From contig JBHAEB010000073.1 of NCBI GenBank assembly GCA_041855345.1, forward strand, positions 154-64,153: a stretch of DNA of 64,000 nt, read 5' to 3'. Numbering within the stretch: position 1 is the first letter of the stretch; each line of letters opens with the position of its first letter. This document shows positions 50,178 through 60,351 of the stretch, in pieces. The translations under genes and the position numbers were made by a program. The stretch comes from Arachnia sp. GTDB lineage: Bacteria > Actinomycetota > Actinomycetes > Propionibacteriales > Propionibacteriaceae. The notes under the pieces are model-generated. The model was not told the DNA's origin. It searched no databases and saw nothing but the letters and a program-made list of their open reading frames with translations.

Positions 50178-51128
50178 TCACAGCCTCACCACGGAAACTC
50201 CGGCAGGCCCAGGTCCCAGCGCCCCGGCAGCGAGAACCCTCATCTCGGTATCCCGCTGCGGCCACAGCGCGACAACATTGGCCGCGCCCACTGCCGGGGT
50301 CATCGTGCGAGCGGCGAGCTCCTGGTCGGCGACGGTGATATCGAGGAGTTCACCACAGGATTCCTCGACGCCCGCGATGATCCGGCATCGACGATCCGCG
50401 TCGGTGAAGGCCGCCACATCCGAGTACCATCCGTGGCTGAGTTGGTGGGTGGCGAGTGGCTGGCCAGCGTCGGGATCCCAAACGGTGAGGGCAGCCGCGC
50501 CAATGGATGCCATGGAACCTTGAGCGGTAACCAGAAGGGGACCGTCAGTTGGGCTCTGCCATGAGGCCAGGTGTGTGGCGTCATCAATGTTGTGGGTGAG
50601 GGGGTCGGTCACTCTGCCTGCGGTGGGATCCCACAACCGGATGGTGGCATCCGAGCCACTCGTAGCAAACCTGGGCAGCCCATCACGGGTGTGGTAGGCG
50701 ACGATCCGGAACACGTAGCCATCGTGGAGATTGGGGATCCGATGAACCTCAGAAAGGGTCTCAGGGTCCCAGACGATAAGGCTGTCGCCAGCCGTCACCA
50801 GCCGCTGCTCGCCGTCCACCTGGTAGTAGCACAGACAGGACGCGGGAACGTTCCCGATCTGATTCACCAGTGAACCATCGTCGATGTCCCATAGCTGCAG
50901 GGCAGCGTCGCTGGTGGTGATCAGAGCGCTGATCCCGGGGATCACGAGCATGTCTGAGATTCCTGATGCCGGAAGCTCGAAGACCTTCCGGCCATGGTCG
51001 AGATCCCAGCAGTCCACGCGACCATCGCACAGAAACACCACACGGGGCCGCCCCGTGCGGTCGAGATAGACCCGCATAGCCTCCGGTGTCGCCTCGATCA
51101 TCTCGGCATTATGCCATTGGGTCATCAT
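50178..51128 (-). CDS. WD40 repeat protein
   Basis: LQLWD, LIVWD, FATSGSDATIRLWD, LTVWD repeats. Confidence 0.85.
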   Translation of the reverse strand: MMTQWHNAEMIEATPEAMRVYLDRTGRPRVVFLCDGRVDCWDLDHGRKVFELPASGISDMLVIPGISALITTSDAALQLWDIDDGSLVNQIGNVPASCLCYYQVDGEQRLVTAGDSLIVWDPETLSEVHRIPNLHDGYVFRIVAYHTRDGLPRFATSGSDATIRLWDPTAGRVTDPLTHNIDDATHLASWQSPTDGPLLVTAQGSMASIGAAALTVWDPDAGQPLATHQLSHGWYSDVAAFTDADRRCRIIAGVEESCGELLDITVADQELAARTMTPAVGAANVVALWPQRDTEMRVLAAGALGPGPAGVSVVRL

Positions 51129-51341
51129 GGCTCCCGGATATGAGTGTTCCCTCGTGTTCTGTCAGCTTTACCCAGTTGTGGCTGGGCGAGGGGCTTTTGG
51201 CGACTGCCCAGGGTGAGGTCAGTGTTACTGATATATGGGACTGGCGCGATCCCTAGCAGTGCGCAGATCCGGTTGGTTGAGGCCATATAGCCCTTGGTTA
51301 TGCTTTCCGGCGTGCAGGAAGTGGACTCGCGCACCAGATTG

Positions 51342-53378
51342 ATGCGGCTCAACATGGTCACCATCGCCCGCCTCGGAGCGGTCTATCTGCCTGCCGTCGG
51401 TCGGCGTGCGCCTCGGGACGAACAACAGTCTCAGATGGCCCGCCAGGCGCTCAAGGCGCTGGGCTATGTGCTGACCCGGGAGTCTGCTCACGCCATCCGC
51501 GACGCCGAGGATGCCTGGATCGTGACCCAAGCCGCCGCCGCGCTGCTTGGGGCTAATGGCACAGTCAACGACCTGCCCTTCTACATCAATTTCCCGACGC
51601 AAGTCCAGGAACTAACCATCGAGGAGTTGAACGCTAACGCTTTGCTGCACTACCTAGGCGATGCCTTGGGAGTGCGGCTGGTGCCCCACTACAAGGCTCA
51701 GCCCCGCGGCGAATCCGAGGGAGGAAAGCGCGTCGCCCTCACCCTAACCACAGCAGCCCAGCTGCGTGGGTTGGCCCTGGACCTGTTTCTGCAAGGTCAG
51801 CCCTATTCGGCAGGTGACCAGGCAGATCTCCTTGCGCTGGCGGAGTTCGTGCCTCAGCAAGCGCCACCGATTGAGGTCAAGGAGAACCTCGCCTTCCTCG
51901 CCGCCGCCTTCGCGCACCTGGACTTCTCATCGTCGTTCGCCCACGCCACCGATGTGCTGCGCTATGCCTGTGCCCTCAGTGACGGGGACGTCAGTTTGGC
52001 TGAGCCAACCAGATTCCGCAGCTTTACCCGCGCTGAGCGTCGCAAGTTGCTGGCCCTGCTGGAACGCGTCGGCCGGATCGAAGAACTCATCCGCCATCGG
52101 GAACGCTGGAAGCGGCTTGCGCGCCAGCTGCGGCCCAGCGACTACGCCAACCGCTACCCAAGGGCCGATGCGTTGCTGCGGCAGATCGCTCAATCCCAGG
52201 TGCCACCCACCTACCAGTCGGGAGTGGAGGCAGCGCTAGCGGCGCGGGACCTCCCGGCCGCGCTGGAACTGTTGGGGCAGCGTCCCGGCGAACTCGCCCG
52301 TCGGCTCAATCAGCTCCTAGGCCTGGCTGGGGATCAACCACAACCCGTGGTGGCGGCGTTCTCGGCAGCTGCGCACCAGGTAGCGACACCGGTGCTGGTG
52401 CAGCTGTGGAATTATCTCGCCTCCCCGGGGCCGGACGTGCTGCCGCAGCGGGTGGTCCGAGTCAAGAGCGGGAAGACCGCCGTCATCGACAACCCGCGCC
52501 GTCCCCGCGACATCGATGGGTTGCTGCTGTCCAGCGTGGAGGAGGCGTTACGGGGCCGCGCGAACCTCGGATCCGTGTGGCTGGACCGCGACCTATTCAG
52601 CCGATACGCGGTGCCGCTGGCGGTTCGCTCGGCATCGGCTGGGCTCAGGGCTGTTGGTCGGGGTTCCCGCTTGCCGCTGCCTCAGGCCGATACGGTCCGC
52701 TTCTTCCTTCATTGGCGTGACCTTCCCAACGAGGACCGAGTGGACCTGGACCTGTCTAATTTCCTGGTCTCCGAGGATTTCGCTCGCACGGCGGAAGTGG
52801 CCTATTACCGACTCAAGGGGCGTGGCATCACCCACTCCGGTGACTTCACCTCGGCCCCTGATGGGGCGGCCGAGTACATCGACGTGCACATCCCGATGAT
52901 GCAGCAGGAGGGTTGGCGTTACCTCGTGGCCACGGTCCACTCCTTCACAGGGCAGTCCCTAGTGGACGTGCCGCAATGCTGGACCGGGATGATGAGCCGA
53001 GCCCAGGCCGCTAAGGGCAAAACCTACGACCCTGCTACGGTCACAGACCGGATGAGTCTGACCAGCCCGGCTAGGGCGTCCGCGCCGTTTGTGGTTGACC
53101 TGGCCACCCGGGAGTTGCTGTGGTGGGATTCCCCATTTCCGGTGCGGGCGGATCGCCTCATCAACCTGGATTCGACGGCGACCGCGAATATGGTGCACCT
53201 GAAACACCTAGTGCTCGCCCCGGTCATGATGCTGGATCGGCTCGTGGAACTGCTGACGAACTCCTGGGCCGATAGCCCCGCCCGCGCGGATGTGGTTTTT
53301 GCGGATCCGCAAACCCATCGCGGCGCCATCGCCCCATGGCACCAGGAACGGATCCTCGCCCTGCTGGCAGGTGGTTGA
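51342..53378 (+). CDS. SCO0854/MXAN_6230-like protein with C-terminal TerD-like domain (no obvious RING cysteines)
   Basis: FYINFP, VKENL, ATDVLR, RPGELARRL, RGSRLP, VRFFLHW, DLDLS, HSGDFTSAPDGAAEYID. Start placed at ATG 51342. Confidence 0.75.
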   Translation: MRLNMVTIARLGAVYLPAVGRRAPRDEQQSQMARQALKALGYVLTRESAHAIRDAEDAWIVTQAAAALLGANGTVNDLPFYINFPTQVQELTIEELNANALLHYLGDALGVRLVPHYKAQPRGESEGGKRVALTLTTAAQLRGLALDLFLQGQPYSAGDQADLLALAEFVPQQAPPIEVKENLAFLAAAFAHLDFSSSFAHATDVLRYACALSDGDVSLAEPTRFRSFTRAERRKLLALLERVGRIEELIRHRERWKRLARQLRPSDYANRYPRADALLRQIAQSQVPPTYQSGVEAALAARDLPAALELLGQRPGELARRLNQLLGLAGDQPQPVVAAFSAAAHQVATPVLVQLWNYLASPGPDVLPQRVVRVKSGKTAVIDNPRRPRDIDGLLLSSVEEALRGRANLGSVWLDRDLFSRYAVPLAVRSASAGLRAVGRGSRLPLPQADTVRFFLHWRDLPNEDRVDLDLSNFLVSEDFARTAEVAYYRLKGRGITHSGDFTSAPDGAAEYIDVHIPMMQQEGWRYLVATVHSFTGQSLVDVPQCWTGMMSRAQAAKGKTYDPATVTDRMSLTSPARASAPFVVDLATRELLWWDSPFPVRADRLINLDSTATANMVHLKHLVLAPVMMLDRLVELLTNSWADSPARADVVFADPQTHRGAIAPWHQERILALLAGG

Positions 53379-53612
53379 TTTGCCTGAGCGCGTCGCGCTC
53401 TGCATCGAGCCGCTGCCATGACGCCTTCTCAGACCGGTCGAATTCTGGCAATAGGGTGAAGGACATCCACCCGGAACATGCCTCGGCCGACGCCAGCGAT
53501 CAAACGCTGAAAAGATTGAGAAGCCCAACATTCTTACTTTAGGCGCCAGGCAAACCTATTCTGAATATCGGTTTAATAGTCCAATGGTTGGCGACGGAGA
53601 AATATGTAGATT

Positions 53613-53993
53613 ATGAAGCTGGTCAATACGGAGATTATTCTAAGCCAAGTCAATGCGCGAGACGGAATCTTCATTGATTTCGTAAATCAAGATTATAAGG
53701 AGTCTTCTCTAACTTTCATTGGGGATGTGAAGGGCGAATTGCTTGGACTGCCCGAAGGGTATAGGCGATTCCTACTGGTATTTTCTGTGGTAAGTTACTA
53801 TAGTTGTGTAGACTTAGACTTTAGCGAGGTTGATGCCCAGTCGGTGTCAAATTTCAACATAATTCAAGATTCGGAATATATTCGACTTAATCAATTAATT
53901 GGGTTCAATCACTATTACTTATCCTCTTATGATTATGCCTATGAAATTATCGCCAAAGAAGTGAATTTCCAATTCAATAGTCCTAAAGAATGA
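53613..53993 (+). CDS. AT-rich hypothetical protein, putative orphan immunity protein
   Basis: Foreign composition; HYYLSSYDYAYEIIA tail; ATGA-coupled to a headless upstream frame. Confidence 0.7.
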   Translation: MKLVNTEIILSQVNARDGIFIDFVNQDYKESSLTFIGDVKGELLGLPEGYRRFLLVFSVVSYYSCVDLDFSEVDAQSVSNFNIIQDSEYIRLNQLIGFNHYYLSSYDYAYEIIAKEVNFQFNSPKE

Positions 53994-54068
53994 GTGTTGC
54001 TCGGTGCCGTTGACCAACCGGTATCTCCCTGTCCGCTGCGCAAGCACGGTTGTCCGGTAGGGCTCCTG

Positions 54069-55122
54069 TTACCACTCGGATACTCCCACCAGCAGGTGGC
54101 CAGTGGTGGGGTGGGCGTCGACGTCGATGATCCAGGTTTCATCGGGTGGGGTGATCAGCCATTGGGTTTTGCCGGAGGTGGGGTCGATGCCGCGAACAGC
54201 CTCGGAGTCCTGGCCAATCAGGGTAGTCCCGTCCCGGCTTAAGAGGGCCCGCCCCCTTTCCGCATTCCACTCTGCTTGGTGGCTGGAGAGCAGCTCTGCG
54301 GTGGCGATGTCCCACAGTGTCGCGTAGCTGTCGCTGGTAACCACGAGAAGGCGTGAGGAGTCGCGGCTGAACGCCAACCCTTTCACCCAGAATGCCTGCC
54401 TGGGGAAACCAGCTTCCGGCAGGTTCAAGGTGTGTTTCAGGTGCCCGGTTGTGGGGTCCCATAACCGGACGGAGGTGTCGTCATGTCCGCTGGCCAGGAG
54501 TGTTCCGTCGTGATTCCAGGTCAGCAGCAAAGGCGCGGAATCGAAGCCGGTCGCCTGCCACAGCAGGGTTCCGGTCGCGTCAATGAAGTGGAGGGTGTTG
54601 TGTTCATCGTCATCGACAATATCGAATTCAGCGACGACGAGCCGTGTGCCGTCAGGGTGCCAGGAAATGGCATGGGGCAGGCCGGTGGGCTCCATCAGCG
54701 TCCGAACATCGTCGGTGGCTAGGTCAACAAGCAGCACCTGGCCCTTCAAAGTGGAGACCGCTAGCAGGTTGTCGTTGGGATGCCATGACAGGCAGTTGAG
54801 GGATCCCTGGGATTTCGGCAGTTGTGCGGCGACAGCACCTGTTGCGGTATCGACGATGGTGAGGGTGGGTTGGTCTTTGCGCCACTCTAGGGCGTTGTCG
54901 CCTGCTTCGATGGCTAGCCACCGTCCCGTGGGTGAATAGTCCAGTTCCGCGCGTTTCCAGCAGTCGTCGGCGGGGACGTCGAGGGTGAGTCGCCATAGTT
55001 CTTCGTGGTTGGGGGTGTGGGCTGCGATGTCTGGGCCATCACTGGTAGCGAACTGGGTCCCGTGGGGGGTGCCACCGCACTCGATCGCTGGTGAGGGTGT
55101 CAAAACTGGGTGTGCTGTGCAT
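54069..55122 (-). pseudogene. WD40 repeat protein with a 5' frameshift in a G6 tract
   Basis: Repeats WHPND, WHPDG, WNHDG, VRLWD, FSRDS. ATG 55122 reads ...RVRWHP and joins the main ORF (HGTQFATS) only if one G of 55064-55069 is removed. Confidence 0.75.
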
Positions 55123-55127
55123 TGGTG

Positions 55128-55862
55128 TTATCTCGTGATGAGGAAGACGAACTGGGGTTCAGGGGCTTCTGGTTGGGTGTCGGCGACGTAGCCGATGCCA
55201 TCTAGGCAGAGGTTGGCGATGGCCACCCAGTCGTCCTCTATCTGGTCAGAGTCGGCTGCGTGGGCCTTCAGTTCTTCAGGGGATTCAGTTACTTGAAGGA
55301 ATGAATCCAATTGCAGCACCACACGTGACTCGTCTGTGATTTCGATCGGTAACTCAGCGGCGTCGGTCCAATACGGCAGGCCGCCTGCCTTGGTTTGCAA
55401 CTCTGGGTTGAAGTCATGGGGGTAACCCACATGGTCGGGGAGGTCGAAGAAGTCGGAACTGTAGAACTTCGGTTCTAGATCGGGGCTGAGGCCGTCATCG
55501 TCGCTGCGCCAGTGCGTGACCCACAGCTCGGTCAGGACTATGGTCGCCTCGGGTGCTGGAGTGACCTGGTCAACTGGTGCTTTGATGAGGAAGCAAGCGT
55601 TGGTGCCAGCGTCGGGATCCCAGAAGCTGCAGACATTTTCGCCCTCGCATTTGAAGATGTAGAGGCTGTGGTCGGCGGGGATTCGAGGTAGCTGGGGGCC
55701 CGCGCCGAACTGGGCAAGAAAACTCATCGGCTGGCCACATTCCACGCAACTGGGCCAGCGCTCAGCCGGGAAACCAATGGGCAGCCCACCCACCTTGGCG
55801 AGGCTGGTGGGGTTCCGATCACCAGGCGGATGAATCGACCATACGGGATAGTGATTCAACAC
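55128..55862 (-). CDS. YwqG/DUF1963-like protein
   Basis: KVGGLP...WPSCVECGQPMSFLAQF, KAGGLPYW, VLQLDS; GTG 55862 after TATGCT. Confidence 0.7.
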   Translation of the reverse strand: MLNHYPVWSIHPPGDRNPTSLAKVGGLPIGFPAERWPSCVECGQPMSFLAQFGAGPQLPRIPADHSLYIFKCEGENVCSFWDPDAGTNACFLIKAPVDQVTPAPEATIVLTELWVTHWRSDDDGLSPDLEPKFYSSDFFDLPDHVGYPHDFNPELQTKAGGLPYWTDAAELPIEITDESRVVLQLDSFLQVTESPEELKAHAADSDQIEDDWVAIANLCLDGIGYVADTQPEAPEPQFVFLITR

Positions 55863-56027
55863 CGGGCCAGCATACTGGCCGCCGCCGGACACATATTGTG
55901 GCCACAACCTGATGCAACTACGTACCCCAAGGTGTGCAGCGCGAGATCCACTCAGGTGCCGTAGCCAAACCGATGCAGCCCATTGTCTGGGTGCGGTGCT
56001 GAGCCATGCCGATCGTAGAATTCGGGC

Positions 56028-57680
56028 ATGTGTGATGCGCAGGCTAGCGCGGCCAAGCGTCCAGAAGGCGATGGCCCAGATTCGGGTGACCGAGGCCTTG
56101 AAAGCCAAGCTGCGGCGATCCCAACCGCCTTCCTCGAGCGGTTGGATTGGCTTCGGGATCGCCTGGCGGTTGGGCTATTCACCGTGGGTGCTGCCTTGGC
56201 GCTGGTGCCCTTCGCGTTTTGGAATCTGACGACGAGCACCGGACCTGTCGTCAGTGAGCAGAGCCTTTGGCTGGCGGTGACGCCGGGAGTGCTGGGCGGT
56301 GCTCTCTTCGCGTGCCACTTGTGGGTGCGTGGGGACCAGCGACCCTTCGCCTTCTCCTACAGGGGATTTAGCTGGATCGACTTTATTGCGCTGCCGTTGC
56401 TGTACCTGTGTTTCCGGGGGCCTGGGTTTGCGGTGCTGGCGGAGAGGGTGCCGCTGGCGGGGGTGTTGCTGGGTGTGGGGGCTGGCTTGGTTGCGACGTC
56501 GATTTGGTTGCTGCCGCAACGTCGCGGAAGCGGCGGCGCCCGGCGCGGCCGGTGGTGGCGCGCCGGCGTGAATGCTGCCTTGGTGTTACCGCTGGCGGTG
56601 GGAACCTGGGTGGCGGGAGCGAACCTGGTGTGGGAACGCGCGTTGGCCGACGAGGCGGTGGTACTGGGCGACGGTCTGGAGTTCCGCGTCACATCCTATC
56701 CCGGCGGCACCTGGCGCACTGAGTACGAAGCCAACTCCGGACACGGGCTTGGCTACCTAAGTAGTCCTCGCTGGGTGGCCACGGCCTACGGGCCTGCTGG
56801 GGTGTCGGCCCATCGGTACAAGAAGGAGCTGACTGGTACCGCCGCGACCTTGGCGCTCCTGAACGCCGCCGACGGCACGGTTCGTTGGCGCGCCGGGATC
56901 CCCGGCGGCGAAGTCGACGAGTTCGCCCTGCAGGAAGAACCCAGCTATGGCGATGGCCTCGCCGCCGTCGATCCCGAAGGTCGTCTGCTAGCGGTGAAAC
57001 TTCCCGCCAGCTACTGGGCGGGCCAGGACGAAGAGGCGGTGGTGGTCGTGTTCGACGCCGACACGGGAGCTGTAGTACGGCGCGTGCGGGTGCGCGGTGA
57101 AGTCCTTCACATCGCCCTGACTGCCGACACGCTCGGTGTCCAGGTCAGGACAGGTGCGGCCCCTGGGGCGCGGCTGCTGGTCTTCGACTTCCTGGCCAGG
57201 GACGCCGGGGACGAGCCAATCTTGGAGCTTGCCGAGGCGGGTTGGCTCGTCGGGTCCACTCGCGACGCGCTGCTGCTCGGCGAGCGGGTCGGCCGAGAGG
57301 GGGGCACGGTGACTCAAGTTGATCCAAGGACGGGTGAGGAACTGGTCACCATCGATCAGGTGACGAAGGTGCACCCGGGAGGCTGGGTGGAGCGGCTCAC
57401 TCCGGCCCCCGAGGAGAATTACGGATCTGACGAATCCCGCGAGTTGCTGAACGTCGACACCGGATCCAGGGTGGATATCTCTGGGATGGACACGTCCCTG
57501 CTGCTGGGGCCGGAGGGTTACGTGGTTGGACTCTATAGCGCCGTCGAGCGAAATGAGCGAGTGAAGGACCCCGCAATGCTTGGCGCGATCAAACTCGACG
57601 AGGAGACCCCGGCGATCACATCGGCGGTGCCCTACCTGACGCAGGGACCTGATGACATTCAGCTAGTGGAGAAACCATGA
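56028..57680 (+). CDS. Membrane protein with extracellular PQQ-like beta-propeller
   Basis: About five N-terminal TM helices, then LNAADGTVRW, FDADTGAVV and VDPRTGE repeats. Confidence 0.75.
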   Translation: MCDAQASAAKRPEGDGPDSGDRGLESQAAAIPTAFLERLDWLRDRLAVGLFTVGAALALVPFAFWNLTTSTGPVVSEQSLWLAVTPGVLGGALFACHLWVRGDQRPFAFSYRGFSWIDFIALPLLYLCFRGPGFAVLAERVPLAGVLLGVGAGLVATSIWLLPQRRGSGGARRGRWWRAGVNAALVLPLAVGTWVAGANLVWERALADEAVVLGDGLEFRVTSYPGGTWRTEYEANSGHGLGYLSSPRWVATAYGPAGVSAHRYKKELTGTAATLALLNAADGTVRWRAGIPGGEVDEFALQEEPSYGDGLAAVDPEGRLLAVKLPASYWAGQDEEAVVVVFDADTGAVVRRVRVRGEVLHIALTADTLGVQVRTGAAPGARLLVFDFLARDAGDEPILELAEAGWLVGSTRDALLLGERVGREGGTVTQVDPRTGEELVTIDQVTKVHPGGWVERLTPAPEENYGSDESRELLNVDTGSRVDISGMDTSLLLGPEGYVVGLYSAVERNERVKDPAMLGAIKLDEETPAITSAVPYLTQGPDDIQLVEKP

Positions 57681-59386
57681 GGAGCGCGATCCTAAGGGGT
57701 GTTCGGTGGGCGGCGGCGCTACTGCTGATCGGGCTGATCGGCGCGATGTGGCAGTACCGAGAGGAAGCCATGTGGCCGTCGGGGTTCCTGGGTCTATTGC
57801 TGGCCGTGGCGTGTTGGCTCATGGGCCGCTCCAAGGCGACGCCAAGTCGCGCGATCATTGCTGCAACGTGGTTGGGGGTGTTTCTCACCGCCGCTTGGTG
57901 GCTGCCTGGCTGGGTCCTGCTAGCGCGGTTGGGTCTGCCGGATATGTCGGCGCTGCTTTGCTGGGTCTCGTGCATTCCCCTCTCGCTGATCCTGACGGGA
58001 GACCTCTTGGTCCGCCGTTGGCGCGGTGTCGAGGAGAAGCCGCCGAATGCGCTGCGGTGGCAGGCGGCTGGGTCGGTGGCCGCCATAGTGGTCGTTGTAG
58101 TCCCGATGGTGGTGCTGTCGGCGGTGGTTCCCAGGCCGTTGACCCGATCCGCTCATGCTGTTCCGGCGCTCGAGATGCCCCGCTCTGTGGCGGGGGAGGT
58201 GACCTGGAGCCTCGAACTAGACCAGACGGTATTCGACGTGGTGCCTGGCGTCGCCGGCCCGATACTGGTCACCGACGCCGAGGTCAAGGCGCTCCATGGC
58301 GGCGACGGTTCGACCCTGTGGTCCTATCGCATCGAGCAGCGAATCCCGGAGTCACCCATAGGTAAGGGGACTCGCTACGCCTTGACCAGCCCAGACCGGA
58401 GACGAGTGCTGTTCCTCGTTGAGTTCAGCGACCTCACCCAGGCGGTCATTTTGGATACGGCCACGGGAGCAACGATCGCCCGGACGTTCGTGCAACCCAC
58501 GGACAGGGTTCAGCTGACCAACCGCGTGGCCTTGGTGGGTCACCGTGCCTTGTCCCTAGCGAACGGGAGGGAGGTGTGGTCACTCGATGAGCCCGCGAGC
58601 ACCGGCTACACCGGCACCGCTGGGCGGAACACGCTCATCCTCGAGCGGGTATGTGACGGGGATAGCGGCAGCGATTTGTTGACGTCGTGCACGTTGACGT
58701 TGGCGGACGACGAGGATCCCACGAGGACCCGCACCCTGGAAGGCGTGGTGAAGCGGGAGGGTGAGCCCGGGCCGGTGCTGGCTGATGGCTGGGTGGTGCG
58801 GCACAAGGACGGCGCCTATGTCCCTGTCGCTGAACGCTCACCCGGCGAGCCAGGCGTGGACGGCGGAGAGATGGAGGCCGTCAACATCGACTCGGTGACC
58901 GAATCGGTAACCGACGCCTTGCCGGCTGGTGTTGAGTCAGTCGACTTGGGCGTGATGGCCGAGCCTGACCCGTCGTCTGTTTCGCTACTGGCGATGCGGG
59001 AGGCCATCGACCCCGACGCGAAATCCACGCCAGACGTGGTGGCCGTGTTCGACCCAGCGACGCGGAAGACCACACCGGTGATTTGGACTGGTGACCTAGC
59101 CGATGTGTATCGATGGAATCTGTCCCCGGATGACTGGGTGGGGGCGTGGCCCACATCCGATGTGGGGTTTGCCTACAAGGGGATCGTCAATGACGGTGAC
59201 GGGGTGGAGTTGACCCGCACGGACGGATCGTCCCCCATTGGGATTGAGCTAGACCCGGAACTGACCAGGAGCGGACACTATCCCAAGAAGGCGGCAACTG
59301 TCGCGGCGCCGGGCGGAATCGTTGTCTGGGTGAATCTCTCAGATGCAGAGCGCGAAGCAGGCAGCGTGGTTTACGGGCTGCGCTGA
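57677..59386 (+). CDS. Membrane protein with extracellular PQQ-like beta-propeller (probable paralogue)
   Basis: TM N-terminus, PRSVAGEVTWS, DGSTLWSY, LDTATG, C-terminal VYGLR. Confidence 0.78.
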   Translation: MRSAILRGVRWAAALLLIGLIGAMWQYREEAMWPSGFLGLLLAVACWLMGRSKATPSRAIIAATWLGVFLTAAWWLPGWVLLARLGLPDMSALLCWVSCIPLSLILTGDLLVRRWRGVEEKPPNALRWQAAGSVAAIVVVVVPMVVLSAVVPRPLTRSAHAVPALEMPRSVAGEVTWSLELDQTVFDVVPGVAGPILVTDAEVKALHGGDGSTLWSYRIEQRIPESPIGKGTRYALTSPDRRRVLFLVEFSDLTQAVILDTATGATIARTFVQPTDRVQLTNRVALVGHRALSLANGREVWSLDEPASTGYTGTAGRNTLILERVCDGDSGSDLLTSCTLTLADDEDPTRTRTLEGVVKREGEPGPVLADGWVVRHKDGAYVPVAERSPGEPGVDGGEMEAVNIDSVTESVTDALPAGVESVDLGVMAEPDPSSVSLLAMREAIDPDAKSTPDVVAVFDPATRKTTPVIWTGDLADVYRWNLSPDDWVGAWPTSDVGFAYKGIVNDGDGVELTRTDGSSPIGIELDPELTRSGHYPKKAATVAAPGGIVVWVNLSDAEREAGSVVYGLR

Positions 59387-59911
59387 CCGTCCCATCAAGG
59401 TCTGCACGGGCTGCGCTCGGTTGTGTCATCGCAGGTGGCCACGGCATCCACGGTGGGGCGTGGTACCGCGATGTCTAGTCTTCACGGAGTGGGGGCTTTG
59501 CGTTAGATATATTACGACTTGATTCGGTCGTTGCCGACAATCATCTTCACCCCGTAGATGCGATGTTCAAGTCCCCTGCTCGCCCGAATTTAGGTGACCC
59601 TATCAAAGAGGAAGGGCCAGTGTATGGATACTCTGAAGAGAGTGCCGTTCTCGACAACTATGAAGAGTAGAATCAGAGTAGCTGTATTCAAGAGGAGATT
59701 GCTTTTACTGAGGTGGCTTCCACAAGGGCTATTATGCAGTCTTTGGCGGATTCGGTAACCCTAAAGAGTTTTCGACACGGATAGCTTTCTAGATGAATCG
59801 AGACAGGGACGGAAGGTGGAACCGCTCATTAGTGGACTCGGCGTTGCGGTCCATGCGGTTGTTGACGCGAGGTGGGTGCTGTAGAGGTGCAGGCCCTCGT
59901 CGGAATGGGAG

Positions 59912-60217
59912 TTGAGTAAAGTGAATATCTTGGAAAAACAAGTAAATGACGAAATTGAGGGCACTTTTTGCTACGATCTGTTCGAGAACTCGTTATTCAA
60001 CCCCGGGTCACTCTACGATTTACTGTCCGAGTTGCCCACTATTCCCCGAACATCAAAGTCGTCACAGATAGTGAAATGGATCATTTCGGGCGTGGACTTA
60101 TGTTTCACGAGCCATCATGACCACAATGATTTATCCCAAATAAAGAATTACTCCCCGGAAATTGATGATATCTGGAAAGAGTGCAAACAGATTCTAGAGG
60201 AGCATATCATGCAATAA
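59912..60217 (+). CDS. AT-rich putative immunity protein (Imm41-like)
   Basis: Small acidic protein; FCYDLFE and SHHDHND..IKN resemble the Imm41 HxDxND motif. Confidence 0.6.
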   Translation: MSKVNILEKQVNDEIEGTFCYDLFENSLFNPGSLYDLLSELPTIPRTSKSSQIVKWIISGVDLCFTSHHDHNDLSQIKNYSPEIDDIWKECKQILEEHIMQ

Positions 60218-60351
60218 GCTGTGCGACTTACGACGTAGTTATTATCACGACGGTCATGGAGGGCCGCCTGAAATAACTGGTAGCACAACCAGATGCACTG
60301 ACCGAAGTGAAAGGTAAAGTGGAAGTAGCTGTTGGGCACGCACCCCGAAAC

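Noticed and set aside
59565-59586. GTTCAAGTCCC tRNA T-loop-like word (possible att site)
   Set aside because: The T-stem does not pair and there is no other tRNA structure or integrase.
59387-59911. Possible decayed AT-richer gene upstream of the Imm41-like ORF
   Set aside because: Could not reconstruct a credible reading frame or family.
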